A stretch of DNA of 64,000 nt from Octopus sinensis (GCF_006345805.1 NC_043000.1:25854001-25918000), one strand, 5' to 3'. Shown: positions 48,691-62,180, counted from the first letter of the stretch. Numbers and translations: made by a program. Notes: a model not told the origin generated them from the letters alone.

Positions 48691-49024
48691 ATTTTGCCAA
48701 CTCAAATGGCCTTATTTCTGTTGATTAAAGGTGCTATTTGTGGAAGTATTTTAATTGGTTTATTATTTTTTTATTATCTCCTTTGATTTTCCTAACGAGT
48801 TTTTTTTTCTCTCATGGAAAATTACTTCTGTGTTAATTTATGCTAATGTGTTTTGTTAGGACCTATTTTAAACATACTGCTGACAATGTTCTCAGAACCC
48901 CCTACAAAGATCTGATAATATCAAAGGAAATGTGAGTGAAGGACCAGTCAATAAGCAACAGATCTTCATTTTTTTAAGTGTATTTCAACAGGTTTTCTAA
49001 CGAATTTAGATTGTAGAGATACAA

Positions 49025-49495
49025 TTGATAATAATAATAATAATAAGGAAATTATTGTATACAGTGCTCAGGTGCACCACAACTTGTCAAAAGTGCATAT
49101 AAAGCATATGCAGTAATGTACAAATGTCTGGAAAGTGAACAGTATACGAGTCAGATACATGCTTGCGTGTGTATGGAGGGGAGAAAATCAGGTGTAGTGT
49201 TGGCGAATCTCAGGAAGCATGGAAGTTTTGAAGGATGCAGTGCTCCGACAACTAATAACTGATGCTAGCAGTTTGTTCCATACTTCAGCAACTCTTAGCA
49301 TGAAAAAATGTTTCCAAAAGTCATGGGAGCTGTGCTGTTTTCTGACTTTGTAAACATGTCCACGGGTGTTAGACAGGTGGAGTTTGAAAAGGTGCTCAGA
49401 GTTATTGTTTGTAAGATGGTTAATAATTTTATGGGTGTCTGCCAAGTCAGCTGCCAGACATCGGAACAATGCATTGCTAACACAGACTATTGACT
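49025..49495 (-). mobile_element. CR1-type LINE 3' end
   Basis: Minus ORF ...HLSNTRGHVYKVRKQHSSHDFWKHFFMLRVAEVWNKL...TASFK (CR1 C-terminal TRGH..K...FF..RV...WN.L); (ATT)n tail. Confidence 0.85.
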
Positions 49496-49952
49496 TGTAA
49501 ACCTTTAATATATTTGGTAGTATATAGGGGTTACAAAATAAAATATGGCATCCATACCAGCAATTAATATGTACACAACAGATCTTGTCTAATTGATCCC
49601 CGGTTTGCTTTATGAAGATTGCTGTTATTGAATGGGTACAGTAGGGTGGAGTGACTGGTTTGGCTTTGACATGTCAAAAACTAAAATTGCAGAGTACTCT
49701 GTCATGGCCATAGAGATGAGTTATTTTTTTCAACTGAAATGTCATGGATGGAGTTGGAATGGTTTGTTAATATCAGACCCAAGACATTTTTGTTTTGTTG
49801 GGTCAAGCACAAGTTGCAATTGGAAGAATTCATCCTTGAAATTAAAAAAATCAAATCTTCTGTTACTTTTTCTGGTGTTGAGATGTGCTTGGCCGATTTC
49901 TATATATTTTCAGGCAGTTTGTATAAAGAAGGTCAAAATCACCCATCATTAA

Positions 49953-50174
49953 CCTTTTCGTTACCAACCCAGCTGAAACTGCCTCTGGCTCTGTAATACA
50001 AATATCTCGTTTTCATAAGTTCTGAATTAAAATGTTCCACCAAACCTAAGTCACAATTTATGTTCCTAACACTAGCTTAATGATAACTAAGTTATTTTAC
50101 TAAATTCTTTGCTATGTTTAAAATTAATTGAAAGAAACACAGAGCATTTCAAAATAAATACAGTAATGAAAGGG
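49953..50174. mobile_element. piggyBac-like MITE
   Basis: TTAA|CCTTTTCG ... GAAAGGG|TTAA. Confidence 0.7.
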
Positions 50175-50659
50175 TTAATATGTTCTCAGAATTTTGTTTT
50201 TGGAGAAAGGACTTGACTTTATCAAGGCACTCTTTGAAAAACTGTAGAGGTGCTTGAGGCAACCTAGAGAGGCCATGGAGACCATGGATATATCATCAAT
50301 TTTGTAGTATAGTCCACTCTGTAAAGTGGATCCAGCTGTAGAAGCCATGCCAAAGCAGACAATGACACACAGTGTAGTCCTCTGGTTTACCAGCTCCAGT
50401 CAAACCGTCCAACCCATGCCAGCATAGAAGATGGATTTTAAATGATGATGATGATGATACAGATTTTCAGCAGCCATTGGAAAACATGTCCTTTGCATCC
50501 ATCAGAAGGAGATCAGGGTAAAAAAATGGCTTCTTCTCCTTTATTTTGGTCAGTGTGATCTGCAGAGATGATGGTGGAGTTTTTGATTTTCAGTTTTGTA
50601 TTCACATGAAGTTGTTTATCGGTGGTGGTCATGGTTGTGGGTCTCCGTTGGGATGGAAG

Positions 50660-51185
50660 AAAGGATGTAGCATGAATTGGATGAAATGTGAAAGGGAGAA
50701 AACTGTGAGAGTATGGATGTGTTGTGAAGTGGAGGATGACAACAGCATTAAAAACTGCCTCACACTCAAAGGGAATGGTACGTGTAGAAGAGGGAGACCC
50801 AGAAGGACTTGGGATGAAATGATGAAAAACTGACCTAAAAATGTTGCATCTCACAGAAGAAATAAAAAGGAACTGTGTTGACTGGTGATTCATGGGGTTG
50901 GAGAAGGACCTATCCATAACGGATCAAAAGTCACAGAAATAGTTGTTGTCTGAATGTGATCGTTGCCAGGCCCACCTGACTGGCTCCCATCCCAGTGGCA
51001 TGTAAAAAGCACCCACTACACTCTCAGAGTGGTTGGCATTAGGAAGGGCATCCAGCTGCAGAAACACTGCCAGATCAGACTGGAGCCAGGTGCAGCTGCT
51101 TGCTCTCCAGACCTCAGTCAAACTGTCCAACCCATGCCAGCATGGAAAACGGATGTTAATCGAGGATAATGATGATGATGATGAG
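50660..51185 (+). mobile_element. RTE LINE C-terminus and 3' tail
   Basis: DDNSIKNCLTLKGNGTCRRGRPRRTWDEMMK followed by the conserved tail. Confidence 0.8.
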
Positions 51186-51597
51186 GATGTAACTCAAGAG
51201 AGACATATGTCCTGCTAAGCCTACTATTGCTGTCTCTTTCTCATCTCTCCCCCCTCTCTCTCTTGCTTGTTTTACTCCTACCCCTGCTGTTCATTGGTTC
51301 AACCTGTCTACTTTCTAGCTCTTCCTCCCCACCATCACCCTCATTATTCAACCCTCTCATCACTTGATCTTTTGGTTTATCTCAAAGTCTATGTATAGGA
51401 GACAACAGTAAACCAATTGTGCCCACCGCATTCTACTCTCGCCCTTCCTCTTCTGCACTTCCTGTCACCACCTCTTCTAATCCTGTCTACCATCAGATTC
51501 TAACACTTGTATTTCTATCATTGCTTTATGTCCTGCATCAGGGTCATGCTGGCAGCTATCACTATCTATTTATATTTTTGGCTTCATTGACTCATCA

Positions 51598-51900
51598 CCA
51601 TCTTTTAATATCCGCTTTCCATGCTGGCAGGGATTGGACAGTTTGACAAGAGATAGCAAGTCCGGGAGCCACATCTGGCTTCAGAGTCTGATTTGACATG
51701 GTTTCTATGGCTGGATGCTCTTCCTAACACCAACTACCTCACAGAGAGGACCGATTGTTTTTTACATGACACCTGCATAGGTGAGGTCAGTTTTGGCATG
51801 GTTTCTACAGCCAGATGCCCTCCAAATGCCAACCCCTTTACAGTATGGACTGGATGCTTTTTATGTGGCACCAGCATTGGTGATGTCATCAAGTAACTTG
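51598..51900 (-). mobile_element. RTE LINE 3' tail, diverged
   Basis: CCGCTTTCCATGCTGGCAGGGATTGGACAGTTTGAC. Confidence 0.7.
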
Positions 51901-52050
51901 CAAGACGAAGATCCTTTGAGAGGGGAGGGGGCACTGGTGGAGGTGATCTTGTGTGAGATGATGAAAGGTTAGAGTGAGATAGAGACAGAAACAGGTGTCT
52001 AGCTGCAGAGGAAATATATGGCTACTCGGTAAGAAAGAGAGAGAGAGAGG

Positions 52051-52100
<50 letters not shown>

Positions 52101-52349
52101 AGAGAGAAAGAGAGAGAGAGCGCAGGAGAGAGATGATGGTGAAGTGCAGGGTATACTCACAAGGAACGGGGATCAGAATATAAATGGGATGGTTGAGTAA
52201 AGGAAGAGAGAGGTAGACGGTGGCAAGTGCCAGGGCATATCCTCAAGATATGGGGATCAGAATACAAATAGTAGGGTATTGCCAAAGGTGCATGAGTAGG
52301 GAGTAGAGACTTGACATGAATGTAAAGAGGGGGGGGGGAATGCAGTGAC

Positions 52350-52676
52350 AGGTGAAACTTGGGTATACAGAGGGGGTTGTTCCTTCTCGAGCCATGCTTG
52401 GCTCATAAGGGCCGGTTTCCCAGTGTCCTTGGCATATAGGTTCCCCACCTGGATGGGACGCTGGTCCGTTGCAGGTGAGCTGCTAAATGCAGGAGGAAAG
52501 AGTGAGAGAATGTTATGGCGAAAGAGTCAGCAGACGTTCGCCATTACCTTCTGCTGGAGCCGTGTGGAGCTTAGGTGTTTCGCTCATTAACACACACATC
52601 GCTTGGTCTGAGATTCGAACCCGCGATCCCTTGACCGCAAGTCCGCTGCTCTAACCACTAGGCCATATGCCTCCCA
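52350..52676 (-). mobile_element. tRNA-derived SINE with family C head and unrelated 3' body
   Basis: Minus head GGAGGCATATGGCCTAGTGGTTAGAGCAGCGGAC...GGTTCGAATCTC...GAGCGAAACACCTAAGCTCCAC matches 13300-13425, then diverges. Confidence 0.8.
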
Positions 52677-52839
52677 TATACAGAGGGGGTGGGAGACAAC
52701 AGGATAGCAATATGTGTGTGTGTGTATCACTTTTATCTTCACAACTTTCTGTTTCCTACTCTTGCTTTTGCATGTTTACAGTAAGTCCCATTCTTACTTA
52801 GCCTCTCAGTTTCTAAAACCATCTGTCTTATTCTCTCTC

Positions 52840-52895
<56 letters not shown>

Positions 52896-53090
52896 GTATA
52901 TACACACACACATATATATATATATGACAAGGCTTGAATAATGGTGATTACATATTTTTCTTTATTGTAGTAAATTTGACTTACAGCTGTTTCCAGTAAG
53001 CATTATAGGTTCATTATTGATAGGTTGACTCAGTCAGTCCATTGATCGATTGATAAAAATTGAACAACTGAGAAAATTAATGCTACTTTG

Positions 53091-53193
53091 CCAGAGTCAT
53101 TTCTACTTTTGCAGAGTCAAGCAGAACACTGAACTTTTGCAGAGTCAAGCACAACATTGCTACTTTTGCAGAGTCAAGCAGAAAGAACACTGA
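53091..53193. repeat. Minisatellite, four imperfect ~30-bp units
   Basis: CTACTTTTGCAGAGTCAAGCA repeated. Confidence 0.8.
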
Positions 53194-53699
53194 AAGAATA
53201 ATACAAGCATGTGGGGAGGAGTGAAGAGAAACAATAAATATAAGGTAAGTGGAAGAGAGATAAAGAGGAAAGGGGAAGAACAGTGACAGGTTTGGAAAAA
53301 CAGGATTAAAGGGAAGAGAAGAAGGGAAGAGAGGAAAGAATAGAAAGAATGGAGGGAGGGAGAATGGAGGGAGGAAGGGTAGTCATAAAAACGTTAGTGT
53401 TTGTAATTGGACCATCACATCCAAAAACATTTGCGGTGTTTTCAGGTTAAAAACTCTCCAGATATTGTGTTGAAATTTGATATAGGGCATCTGCTTTCAT
53501 GGTCAATTTAAATCTTTGACATTGGGTCATTCATACTATCTCACATCTGGAGAGAAATGTATGAGAAAAAGCATGAATGAAAAATCAGCAGTAACTATAT
53601 TATGAAGAGAAGGTGAGAAAGAATTGGTATGAGTGGATATTAAATGGAGATGGAGGGGGAAATGTGAGGTTAAAAATCAAAATCAAAATCAAATAGAGC

Positions 53700-54660
53700 T
53701 TTATTCAGCCACTGCATGCAGCTTTCTGCCTACAACAAAAGGGACAGGATTAGAGTGTACAAAGGAGCTAAGGCTAAGTACAAAACCATCATAGGGAGTG
53801 CTGCAAAGGGGATCGACCCTGCTATACAGGAGCAATTCTTGAAACAGCACAAAAAGGATCAGAAAAAGAGATAGAAAGACCAACTGACGGTACGAAAACA
53901 AAAACTACCAGTGCTATGTTCGCTGATGCTGCTCCTGGCAGTAAACTAGCATACCTTTTTAGAAAAAAATTTACATAAGGCTAATCTGTGGATTAAAGTT
54001 AGTAGAAAGGCCAGGTGACCCCATAAAATCTCTGATCTGTAGAATTTATCCCTTTGATAGGCCCCCATGTATGGAGAACAATTGCATAGTATGTAGGATG
54101 AACCCACATGTTAACTGTGAGGTTAGGAGTATAGTGTATAGCTATGGTGCAGAAATGAGACACCAACTTACATTGGAGAGACAGCATGCAGCATATGGGG
54201 TGCGTATAGGTGAACACTGGTGGGAGCTCAAAGAGCAGAAAGGCTCATCAGTGCTCTACCAACATGCTCAAGTGGAACATAGCAGCTCAGTTAATAACAT
54301 AAAGGTTAAGTTATTATCAACGCATAAAACTGACATGACGGCAACTGGTCACAACATCAACAACAACTACCACGATGGCAGCAGTACAGGCAAACACAAA
54401 AACACAGAGGGATACAGGAACAGTACCAAAAGTTGGGGGTCAAGGACAGCAGTAGCAGAAATGTGGGAGGGGAGGGGGTGACGGGTGGGTCATAGTGCTA
54501 CTAAGAATAACACACACACAAATACAGATGCAAATGTATGTACATATAAGGATATACATCATAGAAGAACACAATAGACTAAGCAGAGCAGGAACACACA
54601 CAAGGATGGAAAGGGTCACTGAAGAGGTCACAGATGTGTGACGAAAGCTTTCCGGATAAT
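53700..54660 (+). pseudogene. Penelope-like (Neptune-like) element relic: linker, Cys-rich motif, GIY-YIG endonuclease and downstream hammerhead core
   Basis: Frameshifted translation: SAMFADAAPGSKLA..LWIKV; PCMENNCIVCRMNPHVNC; IVYS; PTYIGETA; RIGEHWWELKEQKGSSVLYQHAQVEH; RQLV. CTGAAGA-G-GTCAC(AGATGT)GTGAC-GAAAGCTTTC at 54619-54652. Confidence 0.8.
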
Positions 54661-55299
54661 GGACATGAGTTAAAATAAGAACAGTAATAAATGAGTGAAG
54701 AACGAATACATTGTGCATGTGTTTATTTAGAAAAAATAAATTACTGTTCTGAAATACAATAGTTTTATTTCATTTCATTTTTATTTTTAACTTCACATTT
54801 CTACTTTCTTTGTTTCTTTTTCCTCTTCTTTCCTTTTATCTTTTGATTGATTCCAATATTTCTGCTTCTCTCTGTCTTTCCTAATTTTTACTTTCTATGT
54901 CTATGCTTTACGATCGTTCACTCTCCCTCCCTCTGTATAATTCTCCATTCAGCATTATCAGCACCGGCGCCGCCACCACCACTACCATAATTATCAACTG
55001 TTATTTTTAATTCTATTTGAGTTACTCTCCTTAGTGCGACACAAAAAGCAGGTAGGTGGGAACGTACGCTTGTATTAATATATAATGATAATTCTTTTCT
55101 AAAACCAGAAGTTTTGAGAGAAAGGAGCTTGTCGATGTCATCAGTCTCAATACTTGACTAATAGGAATGGATGAAAGAAAAAAAAAAAAAAAGCAAAGTA
55201 ACTTCGGCGGTATTTGAACTCAAAAATGTACAATAGAGTAACTAACTTCGACAAGATATTGTCTCAGCGTTCTAACGATTCTGCTGTATTTCTCACACA

Positions 55300-55510
55300 A
55301 GCATAAAGTAAGAAATTTCGAGAGGAGGATATAAGTCGATAGGAATCGAACCCACTACTTAACGGGTACTTTATCTTATCGACCCTAAAAAGATGAAAGG
55401 CTAAGTTGACTTCTGTTAGATTTGAACTCGGAACGTAAAGAACAAACACTAACGATTCTGTAGTTCCAAGCACAAGGCCTCGAACTTCGAGGAAGGGATT
55501 TATTAAATCG
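55300..55510 (-). mobile_element. SINE family B-related, diverged (second relic at ~55090-55290)
   Basis: GACCCTAAAAAGATGAAAGGCTAAGTTGAC...TTTGAACTCGGAACGT. Confidence 0.6.
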
Positions 55511-57231
55511 ATCGTAGAACTTGACTTATACTTTATTTTATTTATAAAAGACATTTAACAATAATGTCTTACTTTGGTACTAGAAAGGAGGAGAATCCAC
55601 TATGGTATACTCATTCTTTTAAAATATATTTCCCGTTAATTGAGTGGCTAAAAGTAAAGTTGTTCTCTGGGATTTTTGGAAAGTAGTATCCATGAAACTA
55701 AAATACTGCAATAATGCATTCTGTCTGACACCCATTCTCTGTTTTGGTGTATGTATGTATATATTATTATATAAATACTTAGAACCAGTTTAAGTATCAC
55801 ACACACATAGATGTATATATAGATTATACTTTGAAGCTTATATAAGCATTTTCAATAGTTTTAAGTGTGAGGCGATAAAGGGCGGTAAAGAAATTACAAC
55901 AAAATTTGGTTAACTAATTTTAATACTTATTACACGCACATGTATATTTATTTATGTATGGGAAAATATATGCGTGTTCCGTTTGCATATGAAAAATGGA
56001 AAAAAAATCGAATCGCTTAGAGTATAGTATACAAAGTTAAACTAGTAACAGAATATAATAAAACTTTATTGAATCAAACCACTAGGCTGTCTCCTCTCCC
56101 GTTATATATTAGTGTTTCTTTCTCTCTCTCTCGCCTCCACATGGTAGTTGTGTGACTACAGAAGCTCTCTCTCTCACACGCACACACGCTCCAGATGTTG
56201 TATTTATGTATTACTTCGTCGTAGCATATTCATGTGGTGTGTGAGTGTTTTGTGGTTGCAGTCGACTGATCTAAATTAAATAACATAAAACAAAGGACAT
56301 TAACAATATCTACGACAACCACTGAAGAACAATTTACCAACAAAAACTGTAATCACAACGTGGAGTGGATTTTTACATCAGAGGACATCATTACGGTCAG
56401 TATGTGTCTCAGTCCTGAAAGCTAATGGACAAATTACATTTTACAGCTTGCAGCAGTTGATTCTTTTAACACACACACAAATAGACAGACTACTGCCATC
56501 AGCTTTGGTGCGACCAGCTGTCTTGTAGTCTTCTGACATTGAGGTTCACTCACTGACAATGGCTCCTTAAAACAAACACACCTCTCTCCTTTATTGCTCC
56601 ACGGTGCCGACGACATTGCTATCGGTTTGTTTCCTTTTCTTTAATTAATATCGCCTTTTAATTAATCATATCCTTTACACATCATATTTATCAATTTTCC
56701 CTCCTCACACATGCTTTTCAACGATCTGATCCCATTTTGATTACCCTATTTATTCCTTTTCCCTCGGAGGGGGGTCTTCATCTAATTGTGGTTAAAAAGC
56801 TTTAGCAAGTGTTACAAAGGCGCACTGCCTCCTTCTCCACCACCACCAGCTGCGCCGCCACCATCACACTTACTAAACACTATTCATTATTATTATTATT
56901 ATATTACTACTGTGCTTCTCTCTCTCTCCAAGACACTTACCATCACTTTCACCAACTACAATCTACTACAACAGCCAAAATGACTTGTGTCAGCTTCAGT
57001 CTACAATCATAACAAACATTTTGATTTTTCAAACTTAAATTTGTTCAGCACTTTTATTTCTCTGTTAACTCTATTACAATTATCTGGGTTTTATAGTTAA
57101 TTAATTGTTTTCTAAATTCACTTCCAACTTCGTTTAACGCTATTTCTCAGTCCGCACGACTATCTTTCTAGTTTACTGCTAAATTATTATTAATTATTAT
57201 AATAGCTACTACTATCAGTAACAGTTTATTA

Positions 57232-57262
<31 letters not shown>

Positions 57263-57369
57263 GACACACTTTTTAAACCCAGGAGTTCTGCGGGTTTAAC
57301 ACACAAGAAAAATATCCATAACAAAACATAACAAAAGGTGGAAGTAGGACAGAATATAATATAAAATTT

Positions 57370-57400
57370 ATGACTAGACGTGGAGAAGACCCGGGGGAAG
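57370..57400 (+). CDS. Candidate first coding exon (MTRRGEDPGE, phase 1)
   Basis: ATG at 57370 with an in-frame upstream TAA (57319); consensus donor GAAG|GTAAGT at 57400/57401; lies in the least repetitive part of the window. No protein family recognised. Confidence 0.35.
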
Positions 57401-58219
57401 GTAAGTGTTAGCACCAACATGACAATCTTATTCCACCACAAAGAAGCAAGTGGCTAATTTAACTACAAGCTTTCTTGTCCGCTTTGCACCTTGTCAAATG
57501 GCTATTCTCTCTCTCTCTCATTTACAACATTATAGCGACATATTCTACTTCAAGCCCTGCCCATTTCTCTGCATCACCAATCTGCACATCTACCACTAAG
57601 TGACATTGACCCAACGTGGTCACTTGCAGGGGTGGAAGCGCCTTTTTTTCTCTCTTTCTATCTTTCTGCCTAAAACCAAGAATATTTCTGTTAGTTTGAA
57701 TATATTTTTATGTTCTAAAATACTTTTTTTTTGCTTGTAAGCTTTCAAATATCTATATTATTCCACTTCTTACATATTTTTACATACATAATGTCAGTGT
57801 ATCCCCCCTCCCACCCTAATTAGACTCCGCTAATCAGTTTGGTAGTTCTGTATGTATAAATATTCTATATCCTATCTATAATCCCTGCTACATATCCCCT
57901 ACTATTAACCCAGTTCTAGTTGTTTATCTCCTTTTATAAAAGGCTTCCTTTCCCATTTCCTAGTTATTTTATTCCGATCACCGTTTCTTCTTCCATGGCA
58001 TCGCAATTGCCATTGCAGCAGAACTTGTCCTTATCTTTTTCCACGATCTTTTTCATGAGATCAACATTTTTGTATCGGATTGACATTTCTTTATTGATTA
58101 TAAATATTATTTCGTTTTTTAATCAATTTTTGATATTTAGTCAAAAGAAAAAAGACCCTGATTATATTTTAATCAATTAACAGCTGTTTAGTCCTTACCA
58201 TTTCCTCCTTCTTTCACAG

Positions 58220-58230
58220 ACCTTGCACGT
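58220..58230 (+). CDS. Candidate 11-nt microexon (completes ...D-L-A-R, ends in phase 0)
   Basis: Branch-like CTTAC, polypyrimidine tract TTTCCTCCTTCTTTCACAG| and donor |GTAAGT 11 nt later; stays open when joined to 57370-57400. Confidence 0.4.
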
Positions 58231-58689
58231 GTAAGTGTTTATAGATTCCTCATTTGGCATCACGGACCAATATTTAACATTCAAAGACATTATTATAGCA
58301 GACCGGCTTTTTTTATGATTTATTTTCCTGGTCGAACACAATTATACCACTTACTATGAGCTAATTATACTGGCAAGTATGTCTAATTTTATTCTATTAT
58401 AATATATATATGACAAGGAGGGGTCAATATGGACCAGAGTCGTTGCTATCCAGACTTCCGGTTATTCTCTGCAACCAACATCGACATGGAATCACCAAAT
58501 TCTTCACATGAAATTAAATTAATTCATTCTAAAACCGTAATATATTGGTCTCTAGTTTTATTAGTTTTCTTATAACGGAAAGAACTTTTCTAAGTCTCTT
58601 AACTTCTTATGCGTTACTAGTTTTTTATATTTTATTTTCATGAGATATATTTGGTTTCTTTCCCTCACGTATATAGACCTTCTTTTCAA

Positions 58690-58976
58690 ACATTTACGCA
58701 TTTATATATAAGTATTTATGTATATTTATATATGCATCCGTACACGAGTATATATTACGCATCTGTACATAATTATATATACATTTCCCTATTATATGTG
58801 GGTGTGTGTATTTATGTTTATAAATATGTATGTGCATGCGTGTATGTATATGTGACTTTATATGTGTGTGTATATATGTACGCATATGTGAATGTACATA
58901 TATGTGTATGTATATCTATGTATACGTATATATATATATATATATATACATGCATAGGTATGTGTGTATACGTATA

Positions 58977-59022
<46 letters not shown>

Positions 59023-59134
59023 GTATATATTTATTTAATGTATGTAGGACGTGGTATATATGTGTGTGTATATATATATATGCGTGTGTGTGTATATATA
59101 TATGTGTGTGTATATATGTGTGTGTGTATATATA

Positions 59135-59224
<90 letters not shown>

Positions 59225-59231
59225 TGTGTAT

Positions 59232-59279
<48 letters not shown>

Positions 59280-59480
59280 ACGCCTATGTATTTCATATTT
59301 TCAACCACGCGAAAAGCTAATTAACTTATATATATATATATATATATATATACATACACACACACACACAATTACATATAATTATGTCTATGAGAATACG
59401 CGTGTAGTATATACACTCCTATCTCATCTTAATAAATAAATAATATATATATACATATACACACACACTCACGCACACAC
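58690..59480. repeat. Compound (TA)/(TG) low-complexity tract
   Basis: Dinucleotide runs. Confidence 0.9.
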
Positions 59481-59906
59481 ATATATTACTATATAATTCA
59501 TGATAGAAAAAGGTTTGGTCGATGGCGGTGGCGAAGTTAAACTTATATCGTATTTAGAATTCTTTAACTTCTTTAGCAAAGCTGCTAAGTTCGAGAAGCA
59601 GGCTTATGCAATCAGCTCGCCATCGCTTGTTTTCTTTTATTATAATGCATATTACATGTTCTTCTTTCATGGCTTGTCGCCGCCGTCACATGTGCGAGAC
59701 AAACCTTATTCTATGCCGATGACATGACACGTATACTTTCTGACTTGTCTTCTGGTCTTTTAGTACTATTAAAGTTCCACCCACATTCGTATTGTAGTAG
59801 TAGTAGTAGTAGTAATAATAATAATAATAATAATAATAATTTCATTCTTGTTTTTTTTTTTTTGTGTATTTACACATAGATTGAAAGAGATGCGTGCAGG
59901 AAAATC

Positions 59907-60150
59907 TGTCTATCTATCTATTTATCTATCTATTTATCTATCTATTTATCTATCTATTTATCTATCTATTTATCTATCTATTTATCTATCTATTTATCTA
60001 TCTATTTATCTATCTATTTATCTATCTATTTATCTATCTATTTATCTATCTATTTATCTATCTATTTATCTATCTATTTATCTATCTATTTATCTATCTA
60101 TTTATCTATCTATTTATCTCTCTATTTATCTCTCTATTTATCTATCTATT

Positions 60151-60181
<31 letters not shown>

Positions 60182-60418
60182 CTATCTATATCTATTTATC
60201 TATATCTATTTATCTATATATATTTATCTATCTGTCTATCTATCTGTCTATCTATCTGTCTATCTATCTGGCTATCTATCTGGCTATCTGTCTATCTATT
60301 TTTCTATCCATCCATCCATTTGTCTGTCTATCCATCCATCCGTCCATCCATCCATATGTCCATCCATCCATCCATCCATCCATCCATATGTCCATCTGCC
60401 TACTCATCCATCCATCCT
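59907..60418. repeat. 12-bp (TATTTATCTATC)n satellite grading into (TCCA)n
   Basis: Regular 12-mer units followed by degenerate tetramers. Confidence 0.95.
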
Positions 60419-61311
60419 TGTAGCTTTTGAGATATCAATGATGTGGTTGTTTATTTTAATAATGACATTGCAGGGTAGGTGTGAGAGGCCACACATGGCC
60501 AGTTTGAACATAAAACGGGCAGAATATTTTGGCTGGATGTGGCCGGTTTAAACACTAAAGGGTTCCGGGTTCAGTCCCACTGCGTGGCACCTTTGACAAG
60601 TGTTTTCCACTTTAACCTCGGGCCAACCGAAGTCTTGTGAGTGGATTTGGTAGATGGAAACTGTAAGAAGCCTGCTGTGTACGTGTGTGTGTGTGATATA
60701 TATATATATATATATATCTCGATATACATATACAGACACATTGGGTTCTATGAGTCTCCATCTACCAAATCCACCCACTAGGATTTAAGTGGCCCAGGGT
60801 TATAGGCAACATTTGCCCACTACACAGCACCTATGTATGCCACATTTCTTGATATTACTCACGGTGGCAGAAGTATACTTCCAAAGTTACCTGTCACATG
60901 ACGAGTAACACACTAGTGTGTGTGTGTGTGTGTGTATATATACATACACAGTATTGTATCAAATCCATTCACTAGTGTTTTGTTGCACAACAGTAGGTCT
61001 TTGCCCACTGCGTGACACTTTGGGCGAGTGTCTTCTGCTGGGCCAACCAAACCATGTAAATGGCTTCGATGGATGGAAACTAAAAGAAGCCTCTTTGTGT
61101 GTGTGTCACTGTTGTAGAAGAGATCTGTGAAAGATTTGTCTTGCTATGGGAAATATTACTTTGCTTGGAAAAGATGATGGTTGGTGACATGAAGGGCATC
61201 CAGCCATAGAGAATCTGCTTCATTGATTTTTATCCAACCCATGCAAGCATGGGATAAGTGGACATTAGAATGCTGGTTATATATCATCATATATATATAT
61301 ATATATATATA

Positions 61312-61768
61312 TTCTTTTATATTATTCTTTTACTTGTTTCGGTCATTGATCTACGGCCATGCTGGAGCATCGCCTTTAGTTGAACAAATCTACCCTGGAC
61401 TTATTCTTTGTAAGCCTAGTATTTATTCTATTGGTCTCTTTTGCCGAACCACTAAGTTATGGGGACATAAACACACCAACATTGGTTGTCAAGCGATGGT
61501 GAGGGGGGGGACATACATAGACACACAAACATACACACACACACATATATACATACACACACACACCACACATATATATATGTACATATATATATATACA
61601 CACACGTACACACAACGGGCTTCTTTCAGTTTCCGTCTACCAAATCTGCTCATAAGGCTTTGGTTGGCCCAAGGCTATAGTAGAAGACACTTGCCAAAGG
61701 TGCCTTTCAGTGGGGCTGAACCCGGAACCATGTGGTTGGTAAACAAGCTACCTACTACACAGCCACTC
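61312..61768 (-). mobile_element. SINE family A
   Basis: Reverse complement of family A; further fragments at 60562-60750, 61000-61110 and 61830-61990. Confidence 0.85.
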
Positions 61769-61792
61769 ATATATATATATATATATATATAA

Positions 61793-61827
<35 letters not shown>

Positions 61828-61994
61828 GACAGGTTTCTTTCCATTTCTGTTTACCGAATCCACTCACAAGACTTTAGGTGGCTGGGACTATAGCAGGAGG
61901 CACTTGTCCTAGGTGCCACACTGTAGGATTGAACCTGGAACCTTGTGGTTGGGAAGCAAACTTCTTTACTGCACTGCTACATCTGCACCTATCA

Positions 61995-62180
61995 CACACA
62001 CACACACACCATCATCATCATTGTCATCATTTAGCATCTGTTGTCCATGCTGGCATGGATTGTGTGGTTTGACCAGGGCTGGCAAGCTGGAAGGCTGCAC
62101 CAGACCCCAACTGATTTGGCATGGTTTCTACAGCTCGATGCCTTTCTTAATACCAACCACTTTGAGAGTGTAATGGATGA
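61995..62180 (-). mobile_element. RTE LINE 3' tail
   Basis: (CAT)n TTTAGCATCTGTTGTCCATGCTGGCATGG. Confidence 0.7.

Noticed and set aside
49632-49996. ORFs of 106 and 85 aa as host exons
   Set aside because: No recognisable domain or splice signals; they run into a piggyBac-like MITE.
53091-53193. CRISPR-like look of short repeats with variable spacers
   Set aside because: Only four degenerate units with ~10-nt related spacers, in eukaryotic context with no cas genes.
59880-59910. Acceptor TTACACATAG at 59879 as the next exon of the candidate gene
   Set aside because: Runs straight into the microsatellite with no donor site.
59848-60430. YLSI/IYLF repeat ORFs
   Set aside because: Translations of a 12-bp satellite.
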